Source: Bugula neritina (lineage: Eukaryota > Animalia > Bryozoa). Taken from it: a stretch of 64,000 nt of DNA. The notes beneath the pieces were generated by a model that saw only the letters and a program-made list of their open reading frames with translations, had not been told where the DNA came from and ran no database searches. The stretch's first letter is position 1, and each line of letters opens with the position of its first letter. The translations under genes were made by a program, and so were the position numbers. The DNA is taken from contig OZ037772.1 of the NCBI GenBank assembly GCA_964035545.1, positions 10,600,818 through 10,664,817 of the forward strand, read 5' to 3'. Shown here piece by piece: positions 13,101-25,414 of the stretch.

Positions 13101-16100
13101 CTTGTTGTTATACTGTCGGTGTTACTATAGTTCTTACTGTAGTACTTATTGTTATACTGTTTTACTGTAGTTGTTACCTCATACAGTAGACATCCCAGAG
13201 ACCAGATGTCTGACTTGAAGTTATATCCAGTTTCATGGATCCTCTCTGGTGACATGTAATACGGAGTACCCACTGTAAGGTATACAATGATAATTATCTA
13301 TAATACAATGTGAATCGGGTCCTATACTATCTAGACTAGACCAGGTTTATATACTATCTAGACTGGTCCAGGTCCTATACTATCTAGACTGGTCCAGGTC
13401 CTATAATATCTAGACTGGTCCAGGTTTATATACTATCTATACTGGTCCAGGTCCTATACTATCTAGACTGGCCCAGGCTATCTAGAGTGGCCCAAACTAA
13501 ACGAGATTTAGCAGCAGTCAACACAAAACTAAAGAAAAAATAGATAAAATGAACGGAACCAGTCACCCCTATCAGTATAACATCCACCCCTGTCACTATA
13601 ACATTCACCCCTGTCACTATAACATCCACCCCTGTCAGTATAACATCCACCCCTGTCAGTATAACATCCACCCCTGTCAGTATAATATCCACCCCTGTCA
13701 CTATGACATCCACCCCTGTCACTATAACAGTCACCCCTGTCAGTATAACATCTACCCCTGTCAGTATAACAGTCACCCCTGTCACTATAACATCCACCCT
13801 TGTCACTATAACACCCACCCCTGTCAGTATAACATCCACCCCTGTCACTATAACAGTCACCCCTGTCACTATAACATCCACCCCTGTCACTATAACAGTC
13901 ACCCCTGTCACTATAACATCCACCCCTGTCACTATGACATCCACCCCTGTCACTATAACAGTCACCCCTGTCACTATAACATCCACCCCTGTCACTATAA
14001 CAGTCACCCCTGTCAGTATAACATCCAACCCTGTCACTATAACATCCACCCTTGTCACTATAACACCCACCCCTGTCAGTATAATATCCACCCCTGTCAC
14101 TATAACAGTCACCCCTGTCACTATGACATCCACCCCTGTCACTATAACATCCACCCCTGTCACTATAACATTCACCCCTGTCAGTATAACATCCACCCCT
14201 GTCACTATAACAGAAATAGTAGCTCTGCTAAAACTTAAAACTGTCACTGATCTTAAAAAATGCAGGTCATACTAGAATTTCCTGTAATTAAAAAAGAATG
14301 TAGACTTGAGAGAGCCTGGATATGAATTCACAGCTAGTAGTACTAACAACTGTTGGCATATGGGGTTATTTGAACAAAGCATAGCCTAACTGGATACTGC
14401 AGGTAAACGTAACACATGTAGTAGAGTAGATAAGCTGATGAGTGAGTGTTTGGTTTAGCAGATAAAATTTGCGAAATCTAAACAAGAATTTTTAATATTA
14501 GTCCAAGTGGCCATGTTAGAGACAAGAATAACGAATTAGTTATTTTGAAAAGGGCTGCAATATCATTTAGTTTGCCTACAAGAGAAAAACAATTGATCAA
14601 TCAGTTCAATGAGCATAAAATGTGATCAACAGTCGAGTGAATAAATTTTTAATTTAACCACAATGAGAGGTACAGTAATCAAATGATGGGGCTACATTTT
14701 ACATATCATCGCCTTGGCTATTATCACCTAACTTCTACCTAACCTTCACCTGAGTGTCATCCAGCTCTGTCTACTAGAACTACTGATATTTGGACTTGAA
14801 AAAATTCCATCACATGATAATAAATTTCATAACATAGACTGAGAACTTACTAAATAGAAACCAATCACATGATAATAAAGTTAAAAAACAGAACATAGAC
14901 TGAGAACTTACAAAGCGAATAAGCATTATCAGTCTGGGAGCTAAGATACCGTCCCAAACCCAGGTCTCCCAACTTCACCACTCCTTGGGCTGTGATGAAT
15001 ACATTAGCTGGTTTGATGTCTGAAACACCATATCAAATAATTCAACAATCGGAAGCAGAAAACATTATGCCTAAAATGCATGCTATGAATTCCTCAAATA
15101 ATTGTTCACTCAAAAACTGCATCAGCAAATAATGTGCTTTTATAAAAATTTAGGCCCAATTATAATATAATATAATATAATTTACAAGTAAAGTAATATA
15201 TGAGAATTTTTTTTTCTAAACTACTACTTAATTTATATGAAAAATAATGTAAACTTTTATTAAGCAATATTCTAAAAAATGTTTCTATGTGTGCTTTAAA
15301 ATTTCAATGCAATTACTAGCTTTTAAGGATATATTTAATACAAGTAAATCAAAATTCAATAACAATGCCAATGATGACTAGCCAACTTGTTCACAGAACT
15401 CAATAACAATATAAAATATAATACTTTAATTAACAAAAATTAAACTATTAATTAATTTTGAATAACAGAAAGTCTTTAGCTATGTCTGTTTTCATCATGT
15501 TTACATAATTGCCAAAAGTTTCATAACATTAAAACACCAACTTTTATTGATATACTGTCAGATACTGAGTGCAAGTTTAATAGAGATATTTATGTAATTG
15601 AGAGTTGCTTTCCCATAGCTAATAATTTCATCGGAGGGCACAACTCCAAGAAATAATAACTGCTGCTGTGCTGAGTTGCTAATAGTAGTTAGATTCACAT
15701 ATTGAATGCAATACAATAGACCATGTAAAACTCAGCCAATCAGCGAAGTGTACCAGGTCAATGTCTTACCATTGTAACTGATATAAAATTCTGCAAGTTC
15801 AATTGCAAAATGCATGCTTCTACAAGCTAGTTGTGCAACTTTTTTTTCATGCATTATTTAATTTCATATCTTAAATTGATGACTCTTGAAATGAATTTTT
15901 AAAATGTCTAAATTAACTGTTTATAAAATGCAATTAAAAATTTCATGTCTAGAAAAATGACCTGGTACACTTTTGCAACTTAAGGCCAATTATTACATAA
16001 CTGCCAGCTTAGTAGTTATTTGTTGTTGCAGCTTGAATGGGTTATTGTTTAGCATTGGAAGCTTGCAGTAAACATCTGTGAATTTGGTACATGACTTTGA

Positions 16101-19100
16101 TTGGCTGGTTTTTGAATTGCCCTTTAGTATATGCATCTGGATGGCTTGACTAGTGTAGACTCCGCCTACATCTAGCTAATGTACAGTAGCCAATCCACAG
16201 TAGTATTACAAAGTTTCTGTTTAACAAATGAAATATTCTGGTCATTTGTCTTGTACTTTACAATAGTAAATATTCTATTCAACTAGAATTTTATTGTATG
16301 TGAGCCATGGGAACTACTAAGAGGTTAAATCAACCACCCATGCTAGTAATATTGTAGCTCGCAGTAATAGCAAGTCCACACCATATAAATATACACATAA
16401 GCTATTATGTGCAGCTTATGAATGCTGAAATGACCCCATTTCTTACCTTTAATTTGAAAAAAATTGTATTACATATTCTGCCACTTCTGCACCAGGAACT
16501 TGTTTTCCTTTTAAATTTTGAAAATAGTGGTCAGTTTCTGCAGCAGTCAACATCCACAATAAACAACGTAAGCTTTCAAATAAACTATAAATATATGAAA
16601 TATTAGTGTGGAAACAATGTCATTTATTCATTGCTATGATGAAAAATTACAAGAATATTATATAAAAGCTAGATATAGATTTCTAGTAAAATGGCACAGG
16701 TAAAAATAACACATTTTTACTTCAAATTCTAAATTTCACCAGTCACCAATGGTGGCTGTAGATTACAGAGAGCACAGCAAACTATCATAATCTTGTCTAA
16801 TAGAAATGCCAACACCAAGTTCACACCTCTAGGACCATTTAAAATATTGAACTCCTTTATTCTTTTGATTGCTCTTTTGACATGGATTCGAAGGTTAGCA
16901 ATCAACTTTGTTTGCAGTAACTGCATTTTAGTCATTCGCAAATGGCCTCTTTTCCCAGGTGGTATGGCCAACTTGGCTCCAGCGCCTATAAGTTCTTTTT
17001 CAATAAGAAAGCTTCTATCTGCCATAACCATATCACCTGGGTTTATGAAGTCTAAGAACCCAGAGTCATTCACTACACATTTGTCTTAGGCTCTACCTCC
17101 CATTCCATGCGAAATAAAGCAAATAGTGCCCTTGGGTGTAATTGCAACCAAATAATTGATGGTGTTGGTCTTTTTATACTCACTCCATGTTAAAGATTGA
17201 GCCAGCTTTGATTGAGGCTTACAAATGAATATTTCTGTGCAGTCTATAATGCACGTAATGTTAGCATATTGGCTTTGAAAGCTCAGAGGAATGTTCAGCT
17301 TCTCTCTTGTTCCTGGTGCAGAAGTGGCAGAATATGTAATACAATTTTTTTCAAATTAAAGGTAAGAAATGGGGTCATTTCAGCATTCATAAGCTGCACA
17401 TAATAGCTTATGTGTATATTTATATGGTGGTGACTTGCTATTACTGCGAGCTACAATATTACTAGCATGGGTGGTTGATTTAACCTCTTAGTAGTTCCCA
17501 TGGCTCACATACAATAAAATTCTAGTTGAATAGAATATTTACTATTGTAAAGTACAAGACAAATGACCAGAATATTTCATTTGTTAAACAGAAACTTTGT
17601 AATACTACTGTGGATTGGCTACTGTACATTAGCTAGATGTAGGCGGAGTCTACACTAGTCAAGCCATCCAGATGCATATACTAAAGGGCAATTCAAAAAC
17701 CAGCCAATCAAAGTCATGTACCAAATTCACAGATGTTTACTGCAAGCTTCCAATGCTAAACAATAACCCATTCAAGCTGCAACAACAAATAACTACTAAG
17801 CTGGCAGTTATGTAATAATTGGCCTTAAGTTGCAAAAGTGTACCAGGTCATTTTTCTAGACATGAAATTTTTAATTGCATTTTATAAACACTTAATTTAG
17901 ACATTTTAAAAATTCATTTCAAGAGTCATCAATTTAAGATATGAAATTAAATAATGCATGAAAAAAAAGTTGCACAACTAGCTTTTAGAAGCATGCATTT
18001 TGCAATTGAACTTGCAGAATTTTATATCAGTTACAATGGTAAGACATTGACCTGGTACACTTCGCTGATTGGCTGAGTTTTACATGGTCTATTAGGTCAC
18101 ATAATTACAGGTCAATCCACATATAAAATCTCGATTTCTTATTTGCAATAATCACCAGTTTTAAGACACTTGTGATATTTTAACACAGCGTGTTTAAGAC
18201 TTTTAGCTTGTAGATCTAGATCAGCGATGCTCAACCTGCGGCCTTTAGATTTTTGGCGGCCTTTAGATTTTTGGCGGCTTTTTGAGTTGGTAAATGTGGC
18301 CTTTTGGTCTCTTAGTAAAATAAAAATTTAGTTCAGGTTCAATCCTTTCTCAATTTTGCTTTTCACTAATTCCCAAGTTTACTATATGAATCATGACTGC
18401 TAGCACATATTGGTGTGAACAGTTATTCTCTCGAATGGGGTATGCCAAAAGCAAATTCAAATTGAAGCTAACAGACTCCTATCTGGCCGATATCCTTCAC
18501 ATATCGGCATTGAACCAAATTATCAAACCATACTGTGTTCTGTTCAATGCACAGAAAAATGCTTACTTTCATGAACAAATCAAGTTATTCTCCTGAATCT
18601 TTTTTCATAAAATAAGTATGATTTTAGGTAAAAATGGCACCAGTAAAAATGTCACAGATAAAATGGCATGGTAAAAATGGCACAGGTAATAATGGCACAG
18701 GTAATAATGGCACAAATGGAAAGAAGGTAAAAATGGTAAACTGATGTTAAATCTTCCCAAACCCCAAACCCCCACCCTAAACCCTAATATTGAAAATGTG
18801 CCATCTTTACGTACTTTGTCACTCGTGCCATTATTACCTGTGCCATTTTTACCTGTGCCATTTTTACCGGACACCAATAAATACATATCAAATTTGAAAA
18901 TATGCTTTAATCAGAATACATGGAGAGTTTTGACAGTGAGATTGATGCTGAACTTTCTAGTGGCCTTTTTGGTGGTTCAGGGTTATTTTACGGCCTTTTC
19001 CCAAAAAAAGGTTGAGCACCCATGATCTAGATAAACAGGTACTTTACAAAACTCTAATTGGCTGAGCATTTCGGAAATCACGTAGATCTTTACAAAACCC

Positions 19101-22100
19101 ATTCCTTTTCAATAAGAGATAATTGTTTTTAAGAAGATATAGCAAAACAACTCAGCCTTAAGTTTCCCTTCATATCTAATTTTATGCCACTTTACTTTGA
19201 ATAAGTCTATTCTGTTTACACACACTATATTTGCAGATGTGCTAAGGTGATGCAAGGGTTATAAAAGAGAAGATAACTCTAAGTTTCAAGGTTAGTCCAT
19301 GAGAATAACTGTAGTTTGCAAACATATTCAGGCTTTAGAATACACTGAAGTACTTTGTTATGTAAATTACTTGGAAAAATAACACCAAAATCATATTGTA
19401 ATTCAAAATTAGGAATAATATCATTTCCCTATTTTATCAAAAATAATTCTGTATACTTCCCACATGGCCTAACTAATTCAAAATTTGTAGTTTAATTTCG
19501 AGCTTGAAATATTTATATTGTTACATCTATCACCAATCAAGAGGAGGAGCTAGGAAAAAGGGGGTGAGTAAAAAGGGGTTGAGTAGCATTATCAAATATA
19601 TTGAGTTGACGGAAATTGAGTAGAAAGAGTGGATAGAATGAGTAGTTAAAAGAAGGGGGTGAATGAAAATGGGGTGTTACGAGCAGAAAGAGAGGTGGAG
19701 CTAGTAAAAAGAGGCAGGGTGAGTAAAAACTGGGAGTCGGAGTGAGAAAAGGAGTGGATAAAGTGAGTAAAAAGAGGGGGTGAGTAGAGAGGTGTAAAGC
19801 ACATACCCCGGTGCATGATCCTCTTGAAGTGCATGTGTTCTATTGCACTGCAGATCTGTATAAAATACTTCCAAATCGTCTTCTCGGGAATTAGTCTGTT
19901 TTGAGTTCTAAAATACTGCAACAAGAAGTTGTCATCTCAAGGAGTTGTCTACTACGTGGATAAGAGCACACAAATCCTAATGCGATTATAATTAAATGTC
20001 TTCATTGGGATTAAATGTCTTCATTGGGACATGACTGCATCATAAATAGAAAAATAACTTCTACTATGTGGACTAGAGAACACAACTCTTAATATGAAAA
20101 TCAATTAAATTACTTATAATTGAAACTACAAGGGGGGAATGACTATCATAAACAGAGAAAGATTGACTTTGCTCTAAAGTGTTGAATACTAATGTTAAGG
20201 AGGGGGGGGGGCCACAAGAATTACTTTATTTTACTACTAATAGACTAGGATCACTAAATTCCATGCAATACTTAAATTAATATAACATGCATAAAAAATA
20301 TATGAACCAATAGCTTGTTCTTTCAATAAACACATTGAAGGAAACATCCATAACTAAATCGTTCAGCCACCATTAATAAGTTCAACAACTACCACCAGCA
20401 GAACATGGTAGGAGAAGAAAGCAGGTATAAATTCCTTTACCTTAACCATTCTAGAAAGATCACCTGCGTCAGCCAGTTCTAGGACAATGTTCAGTTCATT
20501 CTCCTCGACAAACGATGCCAAATATTTGATTATATTTGGGTGATTCAATTGCTGCAAACAGAAGAAAGCAGTACAAATATCATGAGAATAATTGAATAAC
20601 ACTCCCTCTCCAAATACAGCTAATTACAACTTTATGTTATAAAGCAATTCTGTTAGTGATGTAATTATTTTAAAAGACTGATAATTCACAACTCTGCTAA
20701 ATTTGACCAAACTGACAACAAACAATAAGAAGACAACTTTTTATTTTAGAAATCTAAAATCTAAATCTAAAAAAGAAAACAATTCCCAATCTCAATGATG
20801 CAATTTCAAGAAGAGAAGACAATTACAGAAAATTATTAAGGATTGGATAATAATATAGTGTCTTGTAGGAAGGCTGCAGGTAATTATCTAAAAACAGTAC
20901 ATGCATTAAGTTTATTGACCCATAAATTTCCCAAGTTCATGCATAAAGATAACCTTTTCTACGATTAGCTTGTGTACCCCCACCACCTATGGCCTAAGAT
21001 CCCCACCACCTGTAGCCTGTAGATCCCCACCACCTGTAGCCTGTGACCCCCACCACCTGTAGCCTGTAGACCACACCACCCGCTATGTCAACCCAGCTAT
21101 TAGTCACAATAATGCACGAAAAGAATAAAACTAAAATATCTTTTACCAGTAAAGCAGTACTTGTTGCTACATTTCATTATTCCAGCTACAAAATGGCAAT
21201 ACATTGTCTAGAAATGTGGGTGTAAAGTGTAGTTAGACCAATCAGAACAATTGACAAATATCTATTGCATATAATTGAGTGCTTCCAGCTAATTCAATAT
21301 CATGCAGGACCATTATTTCTAATCACGGAAGTTTATAGTCGCTATTCTTGTGAGAAATCCCCCCCCCATGGAAAGGGTTTTTGTTAAATCAGGCTAAGGA
21401 CTTATTCAGATGGGGCACTGGAGTAATTATGACTGGATGCTCTTCCTAACATCACCAATGGCCTTAGTCAGGGTTCAAACCCATGATTTCGTGTTTACTA
21501 AGCCAACGCTCTAACCTCTAGACCAGGGCTGCTCCCTCAGGATCATTATCTCTACAGGAATACTAAATACCATCTTAATACTCATATATATCTAGCACTT
21601 CTTTGACTCACTAAACTATCATGATTATACACTTGCAGCTTACGAGTAGCTACAAAACAGATAGTCAAGGGCACAATATAACACACATCGATACAGCACT
21701 AGCATGATTTAACAGCCCAGCAATGATGAAGCCCATTTCCAAATAACAAACTCAAATAAATAATTGAACCAGCACTAGTTAAAACGTTTCATCCCAGTAA
21801 TTTAGGTATTTCTTGTGAATATCCCATTTTAAAAGTCCTGAGGCCCGAATTAAAACTTCAATTCTCTTTCAAAGATCCAGAGAATTTTACTAGAATGTCA
21901 TGGATATTGAAACCTTCAGGTGAGATGGAAGTATTGATAGATAACACAGAACTTATGAGGTAAAAGTTGGGCATATTTAAAGACATGTATGTTTATGGCT
22001 GGAGCGCTAAAAATTATAAGATAACCAAACAGGACAGCGAAGAGATAGGTGGGGATAATAACTATAAGTTACTCGCATTGTGTCTGGTCACATGATTAAT

Positions 22101-25100
22101 TCAAAACTATACAGAACCATATACAACTTTCCCATACTTCTCTGATCAACACTACAGAGGCAGAGAGAGTATGAAAGGGTATGAGCAGAGAGTATGAAAG
22201 GGTATGAGCAGAGAGTATGAAAGGGTATGAGCAGAGAGTATAAAGGTATGAGCAGAGAGTATAAAGGTATGAGCAGAGAGTATAAAGGTATGAGCAGAGA
22301 GTATAAAGGTATGAGCAGAGAGTATAAAGAGATGAGCAGAGAGTATAAAGATATGAGCAGAGAGTACAAAGGTATGAACAGAGAGTATACAGATATGAGC
22401 AGAGAGTATAAAGATATGAGCAGAGAGTATAAAGGTATGAGCAGAGAGTATAAAGGTATGAGCAGAGAGTATAAAGGTATGAGCAGAGAGTATAAAGGTA
22501 TGAGCAGAGAGTATAAAGGTATAAGCAGAGAGTATAAAGATGTGAGCAGAGAGTATAAAGGTGTGAGCAGAGAGTATAAAGATATGAGCAGAGAGTATAA
22601 AGGTATGAGCAGAGAGTATAAAGGTATGAGCAGAGAGTATAAAGGTATGAGCAGAGAGTGTAAAGGTATGAGCAGAGAGTATAAAGGTATGAGCAGAGAG
22701 TGTAAAGATATGAGCAGAGAGCATAAAGGTATGAGCAGAGAGTATAAAGGTATAAGCAGAGAGTATAAAGGTATGATAGTTACAATACACTCTTGAAATC
22801 AAAGAGGGAATACAATAAAGCTGAGATTGAATAAGCGGCTCATCTAGTAGCATTTTCCTGTAAAATCAATTGTCATTGATTTAATTACGCAGGTAAAGAG
22901 TTTGTGCATTGATCTGATCATGCAGGTAGAGTTTGTGCATATCCCACACAACTATACAAAAGGACCTCCTGGAATGCATTGATTAGACTCACACAAACAC
23001 AGTATTGCATTTCATTGTACAACTCACCTCTATTGTATAACCATTTATTGTATTTCACAGTTATTGATTAAATACTAATACAAGTTGTATTTATCTTTAC
23101 CTATTGTCTACTCAAGTTCACACATTGCAAGCTACTACTGCCCGCTGCCGCTGCCTGTACTGGTTGCTGCCGATAAACAACTGATGTCTAGAGGAGCAAA
23201 AACTGTCGATTCGTGGCAGACAGACGCGGATATAACATCATTAAAAAGAATGTGAAATCCGAAAGCCTGTTGCTCCACATGGCAGGCAACTTTTGCAAAA
23301 TACATCTGATTATTTGATAGCTATATCCAGACAGTGGCTGCTGTTACCCCCTGATAGTTACTACATTTACACCCCTGGCAGATACTACTACCCCCTGGCA
23401 GCTACTAAATCTACGCCCCCCCCCCCCCGACAGCGATTACTACTACACCCCTGGCAGCTAGTGAACACAAGCTCCTTTCAATCCCATATCAAGACCCAAA
23501 CCCTTTAATATACCGAATTATATAATAAAATGGCTGCTTACCTTGAGCAAATCTATCTCTTTGATGCAGTCCGATCTCGCCTTTACGTCCATCATCTCAA
23601 ATATCTGCAAGTGAGATGTTAACAAGGTCATAGCTTGCATTATCTATATGTAACAATGCACCAGTGCAATAACAGGGCACCTAAACTACAGCCAACAGCG
23701 CATGAAGTGGCATTTCCAGGAATAGCTTATCACATAATGTAAACCTTGCAACTGATTAGACATAAGGCATGGTTCCACTCAATATTCATGAGTTTACAGA
23801 ATGTCAAGTTACTGAATAGCAGAATAAATTTATTGTGCAACATATTTATCAGGAGAATGTCTAGCTGGAGAAGATACCGATACCCACTTCCTGTTGTATG
23901 TTGGTAGTAATATACCAACATTTTCTATTAACGTTGGTAGCGCCAAACAATAGAGGCAATAATCAGTTGAACAATTGGCAAGAATATTGGTGCAGAGAAT
24001 AATAGTATATCCAATCTACATGTATGTACATCCAAAATAATGCAGCATTGTGGACCAAAGTTATTGAATTTCAGCAAAACTAACATATCAAAGGTCGATA
24101 AAGATTGTTTATCACTATAAACATCAAGAGGAAACACAGCCTGGGCTCTTACCGACAGTTTTAGCCTGTGATTCATGATTGCCAAGATTATATTATTTAC
24201 ACACACTGACACCTGTCACTCTAGTGACAAGAGATGCATGGTGTGCCATTCCAGGTTAGTTTGGAAGTTATAATGCATCATGCATGTGGGAGGAGCTAGA
24301 TGTATATGCAGGTGGAGCTAGATGTATATGTAGGTGGAGCCAGATGTATATATGTGGGTGGATTCTGATGTATATATGTGGGTGGAGTCTGATGTACATG
24401 TGGGTGGAGACAGCTGTATTAGTGGGAGGAGTTAAATGTATTGGTGCCTGACCAAATAGCACAGACACCAATGATCTCTGCAATTAGTCTAAAGGGTATT
24501 GGCACCTGTTACTGTAGAGTTAATTGAATTTATATATAGAACTGAAACCTGCTTTGCAAGCTATTAGAGTGGATTACTATGGCCAGACACCTGTTTATAA
24601 GCATAAAGTTGTAACTTGGCTTTGAACCCCTTATCTGACAATTCCTAGTAAAGCTAGCAGTACTGAACAGCGAGTTATATAAATATTTGAGACGTCAAGT
24701 CCACTTTAAAGTAGCTTTTATTTGAGTGGCAGTTTTAAATGAATATATTCATTTTAATAAATAGGACATGTCAAAAATATTAGCCTAGAGTAGCTGCATT
24801 TACATAACTAAACCTACAAGTGAAAAACTAATGATTCACCCCACTATTTTACCGTCTCTTGGGTGTGTTGTATCACTTTACCTTCTACAGCAATAGCTCC
24901 ACCCCTTACAGCAATAGCTTCACCTCCTACAGCAATAGCTCCACCTCCTACAGCAATAGCTCCACCCCTTACAGCAATAGCCCCACCCTTACAGCAATAG
25001 CTCCACCCCCTACAGCAATAGCTCCACCCTTCAGTTCATACCCACCTGCACTTTCTTCAAGGCCACAATCGTACCATCTATCTTGTTCTTGGCTCTATAT

Positions 25101-25414
25101 ACACAACTGAACTGCCCCTTGCCTATTTGCTTGTCGATGTCATAGTTCTTTAGTGTGGAGTAGATACTGCCAGTGTCATGAGTGGAAGTGAGCATCTACA
25201 ATAACATGTGTTATTAGAACGTCGGGTAGTTTGATGAGATAGAGTATGTAGACACACGGCTCTATGATCTACACGGTTCCGTCACATAACTCATTTAGTG
25301 GAACAAAATACCAGAGGCACAGCAGCCAATCATTTCACGGCATCTGATATTTACCTCCATGTCATGAGTGCTCTCAACAACCTCTTCAGACTCGGCTTCC
25401 ATGGCTGCGGCCAT
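7103..25414 (-). CDS. NEK7: NIMA-related Ser/Thr kinase of the NEK6/NEK7 subfamily, 10 coding exons, 322 aa
   Basis: Coding exons in transcript order: 25355-25414, 25046-25195, 23542-23604, 20441-20551, 19807-19915, 14912-15019, 13178-13272, 11797-11890, 10290-10381, 7103-7189. All are GT-AG and phase-compatible, 969 nt including TGA. Motifs: [44 protein letters not shown] in place of DFG (typical of NEK6/7), [27 protein letters not shown]. An invertebrate gene cannot be assigned to NEK6 versus NEK7 by eye. Confidence 0.95.
11124..11291 (+). mobile_element. tRNA-derived SINE copy (family A), degenerate
   Basis: Same head, CAGTCATAATTGCTCCTGTGCC core and tail. Confidence 0.7.
11618..11783. 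repeat. 25-bp minisatellite (GATGTGACATCACAGCACTGAAAAG), about 6.5 copies
   Basis: Units start at 11641, 11666, 11691, 11716, 11741 and 11766. Confidence 0.95.
13318..13480. repeat. 26-bp minisatellite (GGTCCAGGTCCTATACTATCTAGACT), about 6 copies
   Basis: Direct inspection. Confidence 0.9.
13561..14212. repeat. 21-bp minisatellite (CACCCCTGTCACTATAACATC), about 31 copies
   Basis: Direct inspection. It explains the repetitive ORFs at 13459, 13549 and 13703. Confidence 0.97.
15718..18090 (-). mobile_element. ISL2EU/PIF-Harbinger-related DNA transposon, defective, with 782-bp inverted arms
   Basis: 15718-16499 is the reverse complement of 17309-18090 with only a few mismatches. Termini AGACC...GGTCT are flanked by an AT duplication (15716-15717 and 18091-18092) in an AATT context. 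The spacer carries a DDE transposase fragment. Confidence 0.88.
16729..17308 (-). pseudogene. DDE_Tnp_4 (ISL2EU/Harbinger-type) transposase, truncated and inactivated
   Basis: Reads REKLNIP...[10 protein letters not shown]...[59 protein letters not shown]...[21 protein letters not shown]...[12 protein letters not shown]. There is an in-frame TAA at 17086-17088, and the catalytic E of the HVER motif is replaced by K. Confidence 0.9.
18222..19024 (+). mobile_element. hAT-Charlie-type non-autonomous element with a transposase C-terminal remnant
   Basis: Perfect 8-bp TSD ATCTAGAT at 18214-18221 and 19025-19032, matching the Charlie NTCTAGAN target. TIRs CAGCGATGCTCAACC / GGTTGAGCACCCATG. ORF 18393-18596 has [25 protein letters not shown], the hAT C-terminal dimerisation motif. 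Confidence 0.88.
18627..18875. mobile_element. Small foldback element with inverted arrays of a 15-bp unit, nested in the hAT element
   Basis: Left array (GGTAAAAATGGCACA)n, right array (TGTGCCATTTTTACC)n, central CCCTAAACCCTAA. Family not determined. Confidence 0.65.
20975..21080. repeat. About 22-24-bp tandem repeat (CCCCACCACCTGTAGCCTGTAGAT), about 4 copies
   Basis: Direct inspection. Confidence 0.8.
21322..21537 (-). mobile_element. tRNA-derived SINE copy (family A) with a 17-bp TSD
   Basis: Full-length. TSD CAGGACCATTATTTCTA (21305-21321) versus CAGGATCATTATCTCTA (21538-21554). Confidence 0.85.
22160..22775. repeat. 21-bp minisatellite (GCAGAGAGTATAAAGGTATGA), about 29 copies; the first units are 22 bp
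   Basis: Direct inspection. It explains the MSREYKG and SAHTFIL ORFs. Confidence 0.97.
24880..25030. repeat. 21-bp minisatellite (CTCCACCCCTTACAGCAATAG), about 7 copies
   Basis: Direct inspection; it ends about 15 bp from the donor at 25045. Confidence 0.9.

Noticed and set aside
13459-14275. Long repetitive ORFs (VIVTGVD, HPCHYNI, mucin-like TPVTITS)
   Set aside because: They are translations of a stop-free 21-bp intronic minisatellite, and the NEK frame splices cleanly across it.
15718-18090. Long inverted repeats as assembly or chimeric-read artefacts
   Set aside because: The arms differ at several positions and end precisely at transposon-like termini with target duplications. Long-read confirmation is still desirable.
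22088-22853. MSREYKG and SAHTFIL repeat ORFs
   Set aside because: Artefacts of a 21-bp minisatellite inside a NEK intron.
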